NCBI GenBank assembly: GCA_964187785.1
Contig: OZ076409.1
Location: 75,456,001 to 75,520,000 of the forward strand
From: Amphiscolops sp. MND2022
Taxonomy: Eukaryota
Reading direction: 5' to 3'
Length of the DNA stretch: 64,000 bases
The position numbers and the translations under genes are program-made. The notes below the pieces were generated by a model. The model ran no database searches. It had not been told where the DNA came from and saw only the letters and a program-made list of their open reading frames with translations. Position 1 is the stretch's first letter; the number at the start of each line of letters is the position of its first letter. Below, in pieces: positions 63,491 to 64,000 of the stretch.

Positions 63491-64000
63491 GTGCCGGGAT
63501 TTCCATTCGATAAGGAATTCTGCGCGTGTGGGTAGGGCCCCTGGCGCGCTCCTGTGTTTTCGGTTTTCCTACTCCTAAATAGGCCCCCTGAATTCCGGGA
63601 TCTCGTAAACTAGCCATACGATTTGGCTGAAATTTGGCACACGTACCCCCCTCGGCACGGTGAAGATGATTCCCTACTGACGTTTTGCCCGCTAAACATT
63701 TTTTGTTGACCAAAATAACGGTTTTTGGTGGAAAATTTTTGATTTTTTTTAAATTTCATCTTATATCTCGCCACGGGTTTACGCTAGCGCTTCAAAACCT
63801 TGCTGACGAAAGTTTGCAAACTGTCTCAGGAATGCGGTGTGAAATTTTCAGCTCAATCGGACATAAACTCGAGGAGATATCGCGTTTTTCCGGAGCGGGG
63901 GGGTTTCATTTTTCTAACGGTCCAGCTTATCTTTGCCATTTTTTCGAAAATGCACTCGCCTAAAGGCCTCCCCTGGCCGGTTTTACTCCCAAAAAAACCA
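63491..64000 (+). mobile_element. Cassette type A1, 3'-partial
   Basis: Starts GTGCCGGGATTTCC; truncated by the window end. Confidence 0.75.

Larger units (their letters stand above)
1..64000 (+). repeat. Heterogeneous head-to-tail array of 46 non-coding cassettes (44 complete), at least 9 types
   Basis: The motif RGGCATRCCGAGGCATGCCYTTCGACGAC followed 40-60 nt later by CTRG|GTG recurs 45 times at 1.27-3.07 kb intervals; the array runs off both window ends. Confidence 0.97.

Noticed and set aside
767..63963. Recurrent short ORFs (e.g. ...GHAEACPSTTY..., MKFSAQSD..., the 160 aa minus-strand ORFs at 4304 and 5573)
   Set aside because: They recur only because the DNA repeats. Homopolymer-length changes shift frames and stops between copies, many starts are non-ATG, and no domain is recognisable.
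1..64000. Classical bacterial integron with attC cassettes
   Set aside because: No conserved RYYYAAC...GTTRRRY boxes at the junctions, cassettes lack ORFs, and there is no intI. The resemblance is organisational only.
1..64000. rDNA, 5S, tRNA, snRNA or histone tandem gene cluster
   Set aside because: No recognisable sequence of these genes. An unknown structured RNA is not excluded (see findings).
1..64000. Regular higher-order satellite repeat, or TIR/LTR elements
   Set aside because: The type order shows no periodicity in the window; unit ends are not inverted repeats, not TG...CA, and have no TSD.

Overview
The whole 64 kb window is non-coding and consists of one head-to-tail array of 44 complete and 2 partial units, all in the same orientation. 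It is not a simple satellite. The units fall into at least nine sequence types (my labels: A1/A2/A3 at ~1.27-1.30 kb, C/D/E at ~1.38-1.42 kb, B at ~1.97-1.99 kb, and singletons F at 3.07 kb and G at 2.19 kb), arranged in irregular order. All 45 junctions read CTAG|GTG except one CTGG|GTG, with no spacer or target-site duplication. Despite divergent bodies the units share one architecture: (i) a 5' stem-loop about 40 nt in, with a fixed (T/G)AGGG(T/C) loop and covarying stem (absent in G); (ii) one of two unrelated ~43-44 nt palindromes about 210-345 nt before the end module (absent in F); (iii) an end module of usually two TCAACGCC direct repeats, the hairpin GGGCATGCC-GA-GGCATGCCC and TTCGACGACGTAT; (iv) a short variable tail ending in CTRG. 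My best interpretation (inference) is an integron-like array of non-autonomous mobile cassettes that insert precisely at each other's ends. The 3' ends resemble those of Helitrons (rolling-circle/HUH elements) but the 5' ends do not. One cassette (F) carries ~1.8 kb of unique cargo. No recombinase/transposase or other recognisable gene is in the window. The host is probably a eukaryote, but the sequence alone does not establish this. Coordinates were read by hand.
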